Below, in pieces: positions 38,566 to 48,176 of a DNA stretch of 64,000 bases (position 1 is its first letter; each line of letters opens with the position of its first letter). The stretch is from Gemmatimonadota bacterium (lineage in GTDB: Bacteria > Gemmatimonadota > Gemmatimonadetes > Palauibacterales > Palauibacteraceae). A program made the position numbers and the translations under genes. The notes under the pieces were generated by a model. It worked only from the letters and a program-made list of their open reading frames with translations. It had not been told where the DNA came from and searched no databases. The stretch is taken from NCBI GenBank assembly GCA_039588275.1, contig JBDHAC010000018.1:31600-95599 (forward strand), read 5' to 3'.

Positions 38566-39025
38566 CGTGTGTCCCCTTTCCCGGGCTGCACCCCGCGGGT
38601 CTGCAGCCTTGCAGCGGGTCCTCGCAAACTGCGACGGTAGAAGCGCTCAGAGGTCGATGGCCGCGAACCGGACCGCGTGGATAGCAGAACACCAACCTCT
38701 TGTCGGACAGTGGATTACGGTACAGCGCCGCCGGTCCGATGCATCTACTGAGGTCGCAATGAAGGGGCCACCCCCAGCGGTCTCGCCTTATGCACGGTGC
38801 GGGCCCTCCGCTGCGCCTGCCGTGTCGTCCGCGGAGGAGCGACTGGCCGTCTGGACTCGTGACGTATCTCTTCCAACCAAGCGGTCGTTCGAAGCATCGT
38901 GTAAGACGAGCACGGGCACGCGACCGCTCCTATTGCTGGGGGGCGATCACAACCGATTCTCAACGAGGTGTGCCTTTGGCGGGACGCCCACAGCGGGCGA
39001 GCGCCCCGAATACGGAGATTCGAAC

Positions 39026-40084
39026 ATGACCAACACAGACTACGCACGCCTGGTACGCAGGTCGGTGGCCGTCGCCACCGCGGCGGTACTGGTGGCTGCG
39101 GCACCCGCGCTGGGTCAGACGGAGCGCGTCGCACTCAGCGGGGCACGGGTCGCGATCCACAACCTCGCAGGAGAGGTCCACGTGGAGGGTGGATCCGGGT
39201 CCGATGTCGTCGTCACGGCGACGCGAGGGGGCAGTGACGCGGCCCGACTGACATTCGAGACGCGCACGCTCGACGGAATCGAGACCCTGATCATTCGGTA
39301 TCCGGGCGACGAGATCGTATATCCCCGCCTGGATCGGGGACGCCGCACACAGGTCACGGTCGCCGAAGACGGGCGGCTGTACGAAGGCGACCGACGGGTC
39401 CGCGTGCGCGGTTCGGGGGACGGTCTCGAGGCGTACGCCGACCTCAGGATCCAGGTGCCCGCAGGGAAAGACGTGGCGGTCCACCACGGCGTGGGCGAAG
39501 TCCAGGTGACGGGGGTGGAGGCGGACCTGTTGATCGATGTCTCCACCGGACCGGTACGCACGACCGGAACGCGGGGCTTCCTCAACGTGGACACCGGCTC
39601 CGGATCGGTAGATGTCTCGGACGTGATCGGTGACCTGAGGGCCGATACGGGCTCGGGCTCGGTCGAAGTCATGGACGTGACGGGTGAGGTGGTCTTGATC
39701 GACACCGGCTCGGGATCGGTAACGGCGGCGGACATTCAAGCGACGCGCTTGACCGTCGACACCGGCTCCGGGGGCGTCGAGCTCGGGTCGATCCGAGCCG
39801 AAGAGATCCTCGTGGACACGGGGAGCGGGAGCGTCGAGATCGAGTTACTCACCGCGTTCAACTCTCTGGAAGTCGACACGGGATCGGGGGGCGTCGTCGT
39901 GTACATGCCCGCCGATCTGGACGCCGAGATCGAAGTGGATACCGGGAGTGGCGGGATCGATGTGGACTTCCCACTCACGGTGAGCGAGGTGGAGAGAACG
40001 CACCTGGTCGGCCGGATCGGGGACGGCCGCGGTCAAATCCGCATCGACACGGGCTCTGGCTCGGTGCGTCTGCTGCGGCGCTGA
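39026..40084 (+). CDS. DUF4097 beta-strand repeat protein, exported
   Basis: GGAG RBS, signal peptide and eight 'DTGSG' repeats. Confidence 0.85.
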   Translation: MTNTDYARLVRRSVAVATAAVLVAAAPALGQTERVALSGARVAIHNLAGEVHVEGGSGSDVVVTATRGGSDAARLTFETRTLDGIETLIIRYPGDEIVYPRLDRGRRTQVTVAEDGRLYEGDRRVRVRGSGDGLEAYADLRIQVPAGKDVAVHHGVGEVQVTGVEADLLIDVSTGPVRTTGTRGFLNVDTGSGSVDVSDVIGDLRADTGSGSVEVMDVTGEVVLIDTGSGSVTAADIQATRLTVDTGSGGVELGSIRAEEILVDTGSGSVEIELLTAFNSLEVDTGSGGVVVYMPADLDAEIEVDTGSGGIDVDFPLTVSEVERTHLVGRIGDGRGQIRIDTGSGSVRLLRR

Positions 40085-40319
40085 CGCATGCACCCGGGAG
40101 GCGCCGTCCTTTCACGGCGGCGTCTCCGCCTACCTGACGAGCGTTCCGAGGCGTCGCGACTCCGGCGCCTCGGGCGGGGCTTCCCCGTTGAGTCTCCTGG
40201 CAACCTGCCGAGAGCTCGGGCGGCCGACCGGCGTGGCTGCGCGCCGCACAAATCTCCCCTACAATTCCCCACGATAGCGAGTCCCTAGGCACCCGGACCC
40301 GGTGGGCGTGCTCGACTAG

Positions 40320-43300
40320 ATGCCACTCCAGCTGATCCGCTCTGCTTCCAGCGACCGGCTCTGGCACGACTGCGTCACGCACTTCATGGACGAAGTGGGT
40401 GACACCGTTGGCCCGACGGGCTACGAATCGCACCTATGGCTCGTGCACCGCGCGCAGCGCGATCGGGCCTATGACCTCGCTGCCCGACGAGGCACCCCCG
40501 GGTGGTTCAGCCCTCCCGTCTCGTTCTTCTCGCAACTGAGAGACTCGTTCGGCATCTCCGAGAGGCCCATAGGGATCCTCACGGGTCGCCTGCTAGTAGC
40601 CCGTTTGGCGACCGCTTCGGCCCGTCGACACGGTGTGGCGGCCGCGACCCGCGAAGCCGGGCCGGCGCGTGGCCACATGCTCGATCGCTTGTTCAGCGAG
40701 CTGTTACCGGAGGGAACGACACCGGATGAGCTGACGGCGGCCTTGAGCGATCTGGACACCGACGCGTTCGGCGAGAGCCGGAACGCATGGGTCGTCGACA
40801 CATATCGCGCATTTCTCGGTGCGCTCGAGGAACGCGAGCTGTACGACCCCCGCTCGATCCACGCGATGGTGGCCGCCAAGATCGAGACGGGCGGGCTCCG
40901 CTCCGCGATCGGCGGTGCGAGACGCCTGCACGTATACGGGCTGACCTCCTTGAGGGGGCGACGGAGGCTCGTTCGTGCCCTGGCGACCCAGGAAGAGGTC
41001 GAGGTGCTCGTGTACCTGCCGACCGAGATCGGTGCGTCGGAGTGGGACCTGCTCGCCAACCGACCCGTGCGTCTCGTATCCGGGGCGGAATCGGACCGGA
41101 CCGTCCGCGTCCAGCCTGCGCCGGACGGCGTGCGAGAGGCACGGTGGGTGGCCCGTCGCATCAAGTCCCTGCTCGTCGAGGGGGGCGTGGCCCCACACGA
41201 CGTGGCCGTGGTGGCCCGGACAGGCCGGGGAGACACGCGGCGACTCCATCGAGCGTTACGCGAAGCAGGCGTGCCAAGCACGGCCCGCATTCGAACGCGT
41301 CTGGCCGAAATCCCGGTGCTGAGATCGATCCTGGAGCTGCTTAGAGCCGCCTCCGAGGGCTGGACGTACCGGGGTCTTCGGAGTGTCGTCGCCAGTCCCT
41401 ATTTCGACGTGGATGTCGACCTGAGGAGCATTGACCACCTGTCGACGATCCGCCGCATCGTGGGGCTGGAAGACTGGATCCGCTGGCTCCGACGCCTGCG
41501 CGAGCGAGCGGAGGCCGACGAAGGGCGGGCGTTGGCCCGGGTGGGCGTCTCCGCCGCACGTCTCGAGACCGACCTGGCTCGGTTCGAACGCCTGCGGGAT
41601 GTGGTCGGCGTACTGGCGGGTGAAGGCACGGAGCTGGAATGGATAGAGCGCACGCTGGCGATCCTGCGCGGCGAGATCCTCGACGTTCGACGGCGTCTGT
41701 GCCAAGCCGTGAGCGATCGGTGGGATATCGTGCGGTTGGACCAGCGAGGCGTCCTGGCCCTCGAGAGTCTGTTGGTCGAGTGGCGGCAGTGGGCGGGGGT
41801 TCGTGAGTCCAACGTCGCGCTCCCGGCGGGGGAATGGTACGCGCGTCTGCGGCGCCTGCTGGAGGCAAACGAGTTGGCGCTCTCGACACCGCTCCAGCAA
41901 GGCGTCCAGGTGCTGGAGGCTCATGAAGCCGCCTCGACACCCTTTCGGCACACGTTCCTGGTTCATGCCAACGATGGGGTGTTCCCGCAGCCCCCGGGCA
42001 CGGCGGGTGTGTTCACCGAGCAGGAGCGGATCGAGCTGAAGGCCGTTGGACTCCCGCTCACGACGCGGGAGGAAGCCCTCGAGCGCGAACGTCGTCTTTG
42101 GCGAGCGATCGTGACCGGGCAACATGTAACGATCACCTATCGTACGACCGACGCGAACGGCGTCCCCAGGCTTCCCTCCCCTCTCGTACCGGATCACGAT
42201 CCAGGTAGCGAGATTCCGCGGACGCGCATGGAGGCCACACCTCGGGCGGAAGGCGAAGCGGAGGGCGAGGCGGGTTTGGCAGCCAGCCCCCTGGAGCTGA
42301 TCCAGGACGACGTATCTCGCTTCGCAAGGCTCCGTAGGGGAGGCGATCGCTCTCTCTTCCAGACCCCGGATCCACATTGCCTCGGACACGCCGTGTTGAC
42401 CGCGTTCGCCGATGAGCTGCGGGCCGGCCACCTGGACCCCTTCATCGACTCCGAGCGAGAGCTCTTCGGCGAGACCGCCACCGCTCGAGGCGCGTCCGGG
42501 GAGCACCCCCCCGGCGTCGATTCCCCCGAGGCCGCGGCATTGTTCGGGTTGCACCGGCCGCTGTCCGAACAACCCACCGCGTGGAACGGCAAGCTCCGGG
42601 ATCCGTGGGTCCTCGCACGTCTCCGCGAGCGATTCGGGGAGGATCGCCAGTGGTCCGCGACCCAGCTCGAAGCCTACGGCCGACGTCCATTCGACTTCTT
42701 CCTCGACCGGGTGCTGGGGCTGGGTGACCTGGAGGAGGCGGACGAGGAGACCAGTCCGCTCACGTACGGCAGCGTCGCGCACGCGGTACTCCATCACTTC
42801 TTCGAGTCGCTCGCCCCGCCTCACCCGGATTCGTTCGAGGAGCGGGCGCATCACCACCTGGACGAAGCGTTCAACGCAGTCTGCGATGCGTACGAGCGCT
42901 CGGAGAGCGAATGGCTCGGCGTCCCGCACGCATGGCGGGCGAAGCGGGCCGAGCTTCGTGATCGGTTGGAGAGGTTCCTGACCTGGGAGTTCGAAAAGAC
43001 CCGCGGCTTCCCCATAGCGCTCGAGCTGGGGTTCGGCCGAGGACAGGACCACCCTCCGGCAGATCTTTCCGGGGTCGACAAACACGGGTCGCACCGGCGC
43101 CTGGTCCTCGGCGGACGTATCGACCGCGTGGATCGGACGGGAGATGCGACAGATGCTCCCCTGCGCATCATCGACTACAAGAGCGGTTCGTACGTCCCCG
43201 CGGCCGGCGCTTACAAGGATGGCGCAGGTCTGCAAACCGCGCTGTACATGGCCGCCATCCAGGAGCTCGGGATCGGGATGGCCGCCGAGGGTGTGTACCG

Positions 43301-43565
43301 CTCGCTGAAGAACCGGAAGAACCAGTCCAGGCTCAAGGCGAGCGGCGTGGAAGCGGTGCTTCGGTTCGCTCGCAGCATCCCTCCACGAATCCGCGAAGGT
43401 CTGTTCGAATCGGTCCAGGCGCGCTCGACCGCCATCGCTCCCTGGCAGCCGGGCCCGGACCTCACGCGCTCGTCCGCACACATCTCGGGTGGGACGCGGT
43501 TCGACGTCGTTCCGGGGGCGGTCGAGGTGGGGGTGGGCGAGGAGCCGCTGCAGGGAGAGAACTAG
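40320..43565 (+). CDS. AddB-like protein: inactive helicase-like N-terminus plus PD-(D/E)XK nuclease
   Basis: 'SATQLEAY..PF', 'YGSVAH', 'GRIDRVD', 'IIDYKSG', 'LQ..LY'. It lies directly upstream of an AddA-like gene. Confidence 0.78.
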   Translation: MPLQLIRSASSDRLWHDCVTHFMDEVGDTVGPTGYESHLWLVHRAQRDRAYDLAARRGTPGWFSPPVSFFSQLRDSFGISERPIGILTGRLLVARLATASARRHGVAAATREAGPARGHMLDRLFSELLPEGTTPDELTAALSDLDTDAFGESRNAWVVDTYRAFLGALEERELYDPRSIHAMVAAKIETGGLRSAIGGARRLHVYGLTSLRGRRRLVRALATQEEVEVLVYLPTEIGASEWDLLANRPVRLVSGAESDRTVRVQPAPDGVREARWVARRIKSLLVEGGVAPHDVAVVARTGRGDTRRLHRALREAGVPSTARIRTRLAEIPVLRSILELLRAASEGWTYRGLRSVVASPYFDVDVDLRSIDHLSTIRRIVGLEDWIRWLRRLRERAEADEGRALARVGVSAARLETDLARFERLRDVVGVLAGEGTELEWIERTLAILRGEILDVRRRLCQAVSDRWDIVRLDQRGVLALESLLVEWRQWAGVRESNVALPAGEWYARLRRLLEANELALSTPLQQGVQVLEAHEAASTPFRHTFLVHANDGVFPQPPGTAGVFTEQERIELKAVGLPLTTREEALERERRLWRAIVTGQHVTITYRTTDANGVPRLPSPLVPDHDPGSEIPRTRMEATPRAEGEAEGEAGLAASPLELIQDDVSRFARLRRGGDRSLFQTPDPHCLGHAVLTAFADELRAGHLDPFIDSERELFGETATARGASGEHPPGVDSPEAAALFGLHRPLSEQPTAWNGKLRDPWVLARLRERFGEDRQWSATQLEAYGRRPFDFFLDRVLGLGDLEEADEETSPLTYGSVAHAVLHHFFESLAPPHPDSFEERAHHHLDEAFNAVCDAYERSESEWLGVPHAWRAKRAELRDRLERFLTWEFEKTRGFPIALELGFGRGQDHPPADLSGVDKHGSHRRLVLGGRIDRVDRTGDATDAPLRIIDYKSGSYVPAAGAYKDGAGLQTALYMAAIQELGIGMAAEGVYRSLKNRKNQSRLKASGVEAVLRFARSIPPRIREGLFESVQARSTAIAPWQPGPDLTRSSAHISGGTRFDVVPGAVEVGVGEEPLQGEN

Positions 43566-43567
43566 CC

Positions 43568-46500
43568 TTGGAGATTCGGTGGACCGCCGAGCAGATCGCG
43601 GCGATTACGGCGCGGGACGACGTGCTCCTCGCCGCGAGCGCCGGCACGGGGAAGACGACGACCATCGTCGGGAAGATCCTCTGGCAGCTCGGTCTCCCGA
43701 TCGGAGCCGCCGGAGGCGACGGCCAGCCTGTCCCCCCAACTCCGAGCCCCAGCTCGCTCGACGAGATCGGAGCGATCACGTTCACCGAGAAGGCAGCGCA
43801 TGATCTGAAGGCGAAGCTGCGGCGAGCCATCGAGGCTACCGAGGCCGGGAGGGAGCTTCGCTGGGAGCTGGATCGAGCCACGGTCGGAACGATCCACAGC
43901 TTCTGCGCCGAGCTCCTGCGCGATCACGCGCTCAGGCTCGACGTGGACCCGACGTTCGCCATCCTGGACGAGCGGGAGACGCGCCTCGAGCAGGACTGCG
44001 TGATCCGCGAGGTGATTCACATCGCGCTCGAGAACGACGAGCCCGGCGCGGTCGAGCTCGTGAAGCGATTCGGTATCACCGGCTGGCGCATGCAACCGGG
44101 AGCCGTGGGCCGCATCCGCGACGTGTTGCGAGATCTTCGCTGGCGGCCGCGCCAGTACGACGACTGGCTCCGCGACGCCGAGCCGCGCTCGACGGGAACC
44201 GACGTCGAACGCGAGCTGGATCCCGCGATCCTCCGCCAGCGGGCCCGTTTCGCGGGCGCCTGGGACGCGGAGGATTCCACATTCGACGACGCGGCCCTGG
44301 GGCTGATCGGAGCCCTGTATCGGCTTGCCCGCCGAGCGACCCACGCGTGGCTGGAGTGGCTCGAGCGCGAAAACCTGCGAGACTTCGACAGCCTGATTCT
44401 CGACACCCGGCGACTGCTTACGCGTCCAGCCACGCGACCGGCGCTCGAAGCGATTCAGTCCCGGTATCGATTGTTGATCATCGACGAGTTCCAGGACACG
44501 GATCGTGCGCAGTGGGAGATCGCGCGGGCCGTGGCGGGTGTGGGAGCGAACGGCGTGGCTCCGGGGCAGCGCCCACAGCTCCTGGTCGTGGGTGACCCGA
44601 AGCAGAGCATCTACCGGTTTCGGGGAGCCGACGTGGGAGTCTGGAACGAGGCGCTGGGCGCGCTCTGCGCTGACGCCGCCCCGCTTCACCTGAGCCACAA
44701 CTTTCGCAGCGAGCCGAGGCTGGTCTCGTTCGTGAACCGGATCGGCGGCGTGGCGTTCGGAGAGACGGCCGAGGCGGTAGGCCAGGGCTCTCCGGCGTAC
44801 CGAGTCGACTACCAGACCTTGAGTCCAGCCCGCGAGCCGTCTGAGGCTGCGGGTCTGGAGTGGCTCCCGACAGACGATGCGCCCGATCAGAGCGCCCGCA
44901 CCGAGCTCGAAGGACGTCTGGTGGCCACCCGGATTCGACAGCTCGTGTCCGACGCCACGGTGGTCGACCCGGACACGGGCGCGATGCGTCCCTGCGAGCA
45001 CCGCGACATGGCGATTCTGGGGCGGCGCAACGTGGACCTCACCTCCCTGGAGGGGGCGCTCCGATCGTACGGCATCCCGTTCTACAACTCCGCCACCGGA
45101 GGTCTGGCGGACCAGCAGGAAGTGCTCGACCTGGTCACAGCTCTCCGCGTCGTCGACAACCCGTTCGACGACCGGCGCGCGTTCGCGTTCCTCCGATCCC
45201 CGTTCGTGGGGCTGCGCGATGAGGTGCTGGCACGCATCGGGCTCGACTCGTTCGACGACGCCGATCGCGCACCTCACCCAGAGTCGTTGCTGGCACGGGC
45301 GGAGGCCTATCTGTGGCTGGTCGATCAGGGAGCCCTGGAATGGTTCGAGGCCCCCGAGAGCCCGCACATCGGTCGGATCGAGCGCCGTTCTCTGGCCGAT
45401 GGACTGAACGCGCTTCGAGACGCACAGCGCCTTGTTGACCGGGCCGACGTGGTCGAGCTGCTCGAGGGCCTGCTCGAGCACACCGGCTACCGTTTGCACC
45501 TGGAGCTGCGCGAAGGTGCGTCGGAGGCACTGGCCAACATCGAGCGCTTCCTCGCTCTTCTGGAGGAGTACCGGCACCTGCCGGTGGGGCGCTTTCTGGA
45601 GCTCTGGGATCGCTGGGGCGAGGAAGATCTCGGGCTCCCGCAGGCGCGACTCCACTCCAGCCGTGATGACGTGGTCACGCTCAGCACCGTTCACGCGGCG
45701 AAGGGACTGGAGTGGCCCATCGTCTTCCTGGTCAACACCGGACTGGAGCTGGTCCACACCGGGCGCCTGACCAATGGCTTCTGGACGGACCCCGACCTCG
45801 GCCCGGTGTTCATCCCGCGCGTCGGCGAACGGGGTGCGCGAGCCGAGCGGGCCGTGGAACGCTGGGTACAGCAAGAGGAGGCGGAGGCCGCCAGACTCCT
45901 GTACGTGGCCATGACGCGCGCCCGTGACCGCCTGCTCGTATGCGGTGTGACGCAGGGACTCGAGCGTAAGAGCAGCTTCGCGCGCTGGCTGGCGGAGGAG
46001 CTACCCGACGCGAGGGAAGCGCACGAGGCCCGTCACCTGTCTGGCTCTCCAGACACCTCGGGGGAGAATGGCCGGCCGGATCAGCCCGGCCGAGGTCGAC
46101 CTGCTCCGGCGGCGGATATCGACCCGGCAACCGGGACGGGGCGTCAGATCGATGCGTTCGGGCTCGACGTGGAGTTGAAGGACGAATCCGGGCAGATGAA
46201 TCTGTTCACCCCTCCTCCGCGGCGTTCCGAAGCCGCTGCCGCGCAAACCACGGACGCGGCCGCTCCCGCGGCGGAGGACGCGGGTGCGAGCCCCCCTATG
46301 ATCATCCGTCGTGGCGCCGCCGCCATCCAGACCTCGCTCTCGGCTCTCCCCGCCTCGCTGGCCTGGTTGGATGGTCTCGAGTCGAGCGAATGGCCCGCGG
46401 GAGTGGGTGCGATCGAAGTGCCCGCGCACCGATTCTCCACGTCCGCGACCGAGATCATGATGCGGGAGCGCGAGCCGGATCGGTGGGCGCTACGTTACCG

Positions 46501-47146
46501 ACATGGCGTGGTGCTCGAGAGAGAGTTAATCAGATCCGGTGTCGTGGACGGCGCCCTTCCCGCCACGGTCCGCGGAACGCTGATCCACGGCGTTCTAGAG
46601 CGGATCCGCGAAGCGGAAGAGCTCGCGAGCATCCTCAACGAGACGATCGCGACGACGGGCTTCGTGGACCTCGAGAATCTGCTGGAGGTGGGCTCTCCGT
46701 ACCGGGTCGCGCTCGAGAGCGAGATCGAGGCGGTCGTCCAGAGCCCGGAGTGGGAGTGGTATCTGGAAGGGGAGCCGCACCGCGAGTTGCCGTTCGTCCA
46801 CTTGCGGGCGGAGCGGGTTTGGGTCGGGGGAGCACTCGATCTGTATCGACCCGCCATTTCGGGCGCGCCCGCCGGTCCGGATGCAGGCGTCACGCACGCG
46901 GAGCCTTCCCTGTTCGGCCCATCCGTCGCGGACCGCGCCCGCTTCGAGCAGGAAGCGTGGATCATCGACTTCAAGACGCACCAGATCGAAGCCGGCGAGG
47001 TCGAGCGTACGGCGGAGGACTACGTCACCCAGGTGCGGACGTACCGCGAAGCGGCCGAGGCGCTCGTAGCCTCGACCGCGGAGTCACCACCGCGGGTGCG
47101 TATCGCCCTCCACTTCACTCACCCGAACGTGGCGCGAGAGATGTAG
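43568..47146 (+). CDS. AddA-like UvrD/SF1 helicase with C-terminal RecB-type nuclease
   Basis: 'ASAGTGKT', 'ITFTEKAA', 'TIHSFC', 'DEFQDT', 'VGDPKQSIYRFRGA', 'TVHAAKGLEW', 'YVAMTRA', and nuclease 'GALDL...IIDFKT'. Confidence 0.88.
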   Translation: MEIRWTAEQIAAITARDDVLLAASAGTGKTTTIVGKILWQLGLPIGAAGGDGQPVPPTPSPSSLDEIGAITFTEKAAHDLKAKLRRAIEATEAGRELRWELDRATVGTIHSFCAELLRDHALRLDVDPTFAILDERETRLEQDCVIREVIHIALENDEPGAVELVKRFGITGWRMQPGAVGRIRDVLRDLRWRPRQYDDWLRDAEPRSTGTDVERELDPAILRQRARFAGAWDAEDSTFDDAALGLIGALYRLARRATHAWLEWLERENLRDFDSLILDTRRLLTRPATRPALEAIQSRYRLLIIDEFQDTDRAQWEIARAVAGVGANGVAPGQRPQLLVVGDPKQSIYRFRGADVGVWNEALGALCADAAPLHLSHNFRSEPRLVSFVNRIGGVAFGETAEAVGQGSPAYRVDYQTLSPAREPSEAAGLEWLPTDDAPDQSARTELEGRLVATRIRQLVSDATVVDPDTGAMRPCEHRDMAILGRRNVDLTSLEGALRSYGIPFYNSATGGLADQQEVLDLVTALRVVDNPFDDRRAFAFLRSPFVGLRDEVLARIGLDSFDDADRAPHPESLLARAEAYLWLVDQGALEWFEAPESPHIGRIERRSLADGLNALRDAQRLVDRADVVELLEGLLEHTGYRLHLELREGASEALANIERFLALLEEYRHLPVGRFLELWDRWGEEDLGLPQARLHSSRDDVVTLSTVHAAKGLEWPIVFLVNTGLELVHTGRLTNGFWTDPDLGPVFIPRVGERGARAERAVERWVQQEEAEAARLLYVAMTRARDRLLVCGVTQGLERKSSFARWLAEELPDAREAHEARHLSGSPDTSGENGRPDQPGRGRPAPAADIDPATGTGRQIDAFGLDVELKDESGQMNLFTPPPRRSEAAAAQTTDAAAPAAEDAGASPPMIIRRGAAAIQTSLSALPASLAWLDGLESSEWPAGVGAIEVPAHRFSTSATEIMMREREPDRWALRYRHGVVLERELIRSGVVDGALPATVRGTLIHGVLERIREAEELASILNETIATTGFVDLENLLEVGSPYRVALESEIEAVVQSPEWEWYLEGEPHRELPFVHLRAERVWVGGALDLYRPAISGAPAGPDAGVTHAEPSLFGPSVADRARFEQEAWIIDFKTHQIEAGEVERTAEDYVTQVRTYREAAEALVASTAESPPRVRIALHFTHPNVAREM

Positions 47147-47221
47147 GGTACGCCGGCGCCCGGTCCGGCCCCGCGCGACCTCGGCGTCGCGTACGCCGGG
47201 CATGCCGTGGGGAGTTGAGGC

Positions 47222-48034
47222 TCAGCCCCCGGGGCGTCGTACGCGGACACCCCCGTTCGTCGTGACGACGCGGATCGGGGCGCCGCCGTTCCCGAGATCG
47301 GCCGAAAGCCGCCGCCCGATCCTCCCGCTCACCGTGATCGGGAAATCGACCGAGAAGCCGCCGTTCGTGGTCGCCGCCTCGAGGTGGGCGGAATATCCGT
47401 CGGGAATCTCCAGGTTTACGCCGCCGTTGGTCGTCTGCGCATCCAGCCCCTCACCCTGCCAACCGCTTCCGGACAGCGTGATGTGCAGACCGCCGTTCGT
47501 GGTCCGGCCCCGTACGTCACCGCCGACATCACCCAAGTGAAGACCGCCGTTCATCGTCTCCAGCTCGAGCTGACCGCTGACGCCCTCGACGCCGATCCCC
47601 CCGTTCATCGAGGTGAGCTCGAGATCGTATTCGCTCGGCACGAAGATCCGGTAGCTCACCGACCACCACTCGCGTCTCTCCGTATCCGGGCCGTCGGCGC
47701 GCACCGTGCCGTCGGTCTCGATCTCCACCTGGCTCGCGATCTCGCGCGCGCGCGCTTCGCTCTCCGCACGACCGACGACCTTCGCTTGCACGAGCACTTC
47801 GTTCCGATCCCAACCCTCGACATCGATCCCACCGTTGGGACGGGCGTTGACCGTGAGGGATCCGGAGGCCGAGAGCGTGAACTCGCGCACCTCGCAGTGC
47901 CTCGGCCGGTCTCCATCCCCCTCACCGCACCAGTCGCGAGCATCCTGGGCGAATAGCGTCACGGGCAAGGCCAGCGCGAGCGCTCCGACGTACCCGGCGC
48001 TCCCGCGAGCCCGGGACCAAGCTAGTTCGAGCAT
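47222..48034 (-). CDS. DUF4097 beta-strand repeat protein, exported
   Basis: Strong RBS, signal peptide, repeated '(T/M)NGG' turns and an N-terminal Cys pair. Confidence 0.82.
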   Translation of the reverse strand: MLELAWSRARGSAGYVGALALALPVTLFAQDARDWCGEGDGDRPRHCEVREFTLSASGSLTVNARPNGGIDVEGWDRNEVLVQAKVVGRAESEARAREIASQVEIETDGTVRADGPDTERREWWSVSYRIFVPSEYDLELTSMNGGIGVEGVSGQLELETMNGGLHLGDVGGDVRGRTTNGGLHITLSGSGWQGEGLDAQTTNGGVNLEIPDGYSAHLEAATTNGGFSVDFPITVSGRIGRRLSADLGNGGAPIRVVTTNGGVRVRRPGG

Positions 48035-48078
48035 GAGCACCCTCCTCCTCGGTCCTTACGTTGCACGATCCCGATCAG

Positions 48079-48107
48079 TTAGAGTGTCCTGACGGGCAAA
48101 GGGTTGC
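48079..48107 (-). promoter_or_regulatory. Putative ECF sigma promoter GCAACC-N17-CTCTAA for the divergent DUF4097 gene
   Basis: Lies back-to-back with the copy upstream of the sigma gene and has identical spacing. Confidence 0.55.
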
Positions 48108-48133
48108 GATAGGGCAAACCAGGGCGCGGGCTC

Positions 48134-48161
48134 CAACCTTTTCGCGCCTGTGCTCATCCCA
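48134..48161 (+). promoter_or_regulatory. Putative autoregulatory ECF promoter CAACC-N17-ATCCCA
   Basis: Ends 15 bp before the sigma ATG. The AAC -35 element and TC -10 element are typical of ECF promoters. Confidence 0.55.
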
Positions 48162-48176
48162 ATCCGTGAATCGACC

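Noticed and set aside
38566..39025. 460-bp intergenic region as a riboswitch or ncRNA
   Set aside because: I could not recognise any conserved aptamer by eye. An Rfam/Infernal scan would settle it.
39580..40070. Regularly spaced GACAC(C/G)GG(C/G)... nucleotide repeats that resemble a CRISPR array
   Set aside because: They are degenerate codons of the DTGSG protein repeat within a CDS. No cas genes are present.
41256..45874. Very long antisense ORFs (741 aa and 770 aa, minus strand) and many similar ones across the window
   Set aside because: They mirror well-supported genes on the opposite strand and have no recognisable motifs. This is expected shadow from high GC content.
40320..47146. 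Nuclease plus helicase pair as an anti-phage defence system
   Set aside because: Domain order and motifs fit housekeeping AddAB-type resection. There is no defence-island or mobility context.
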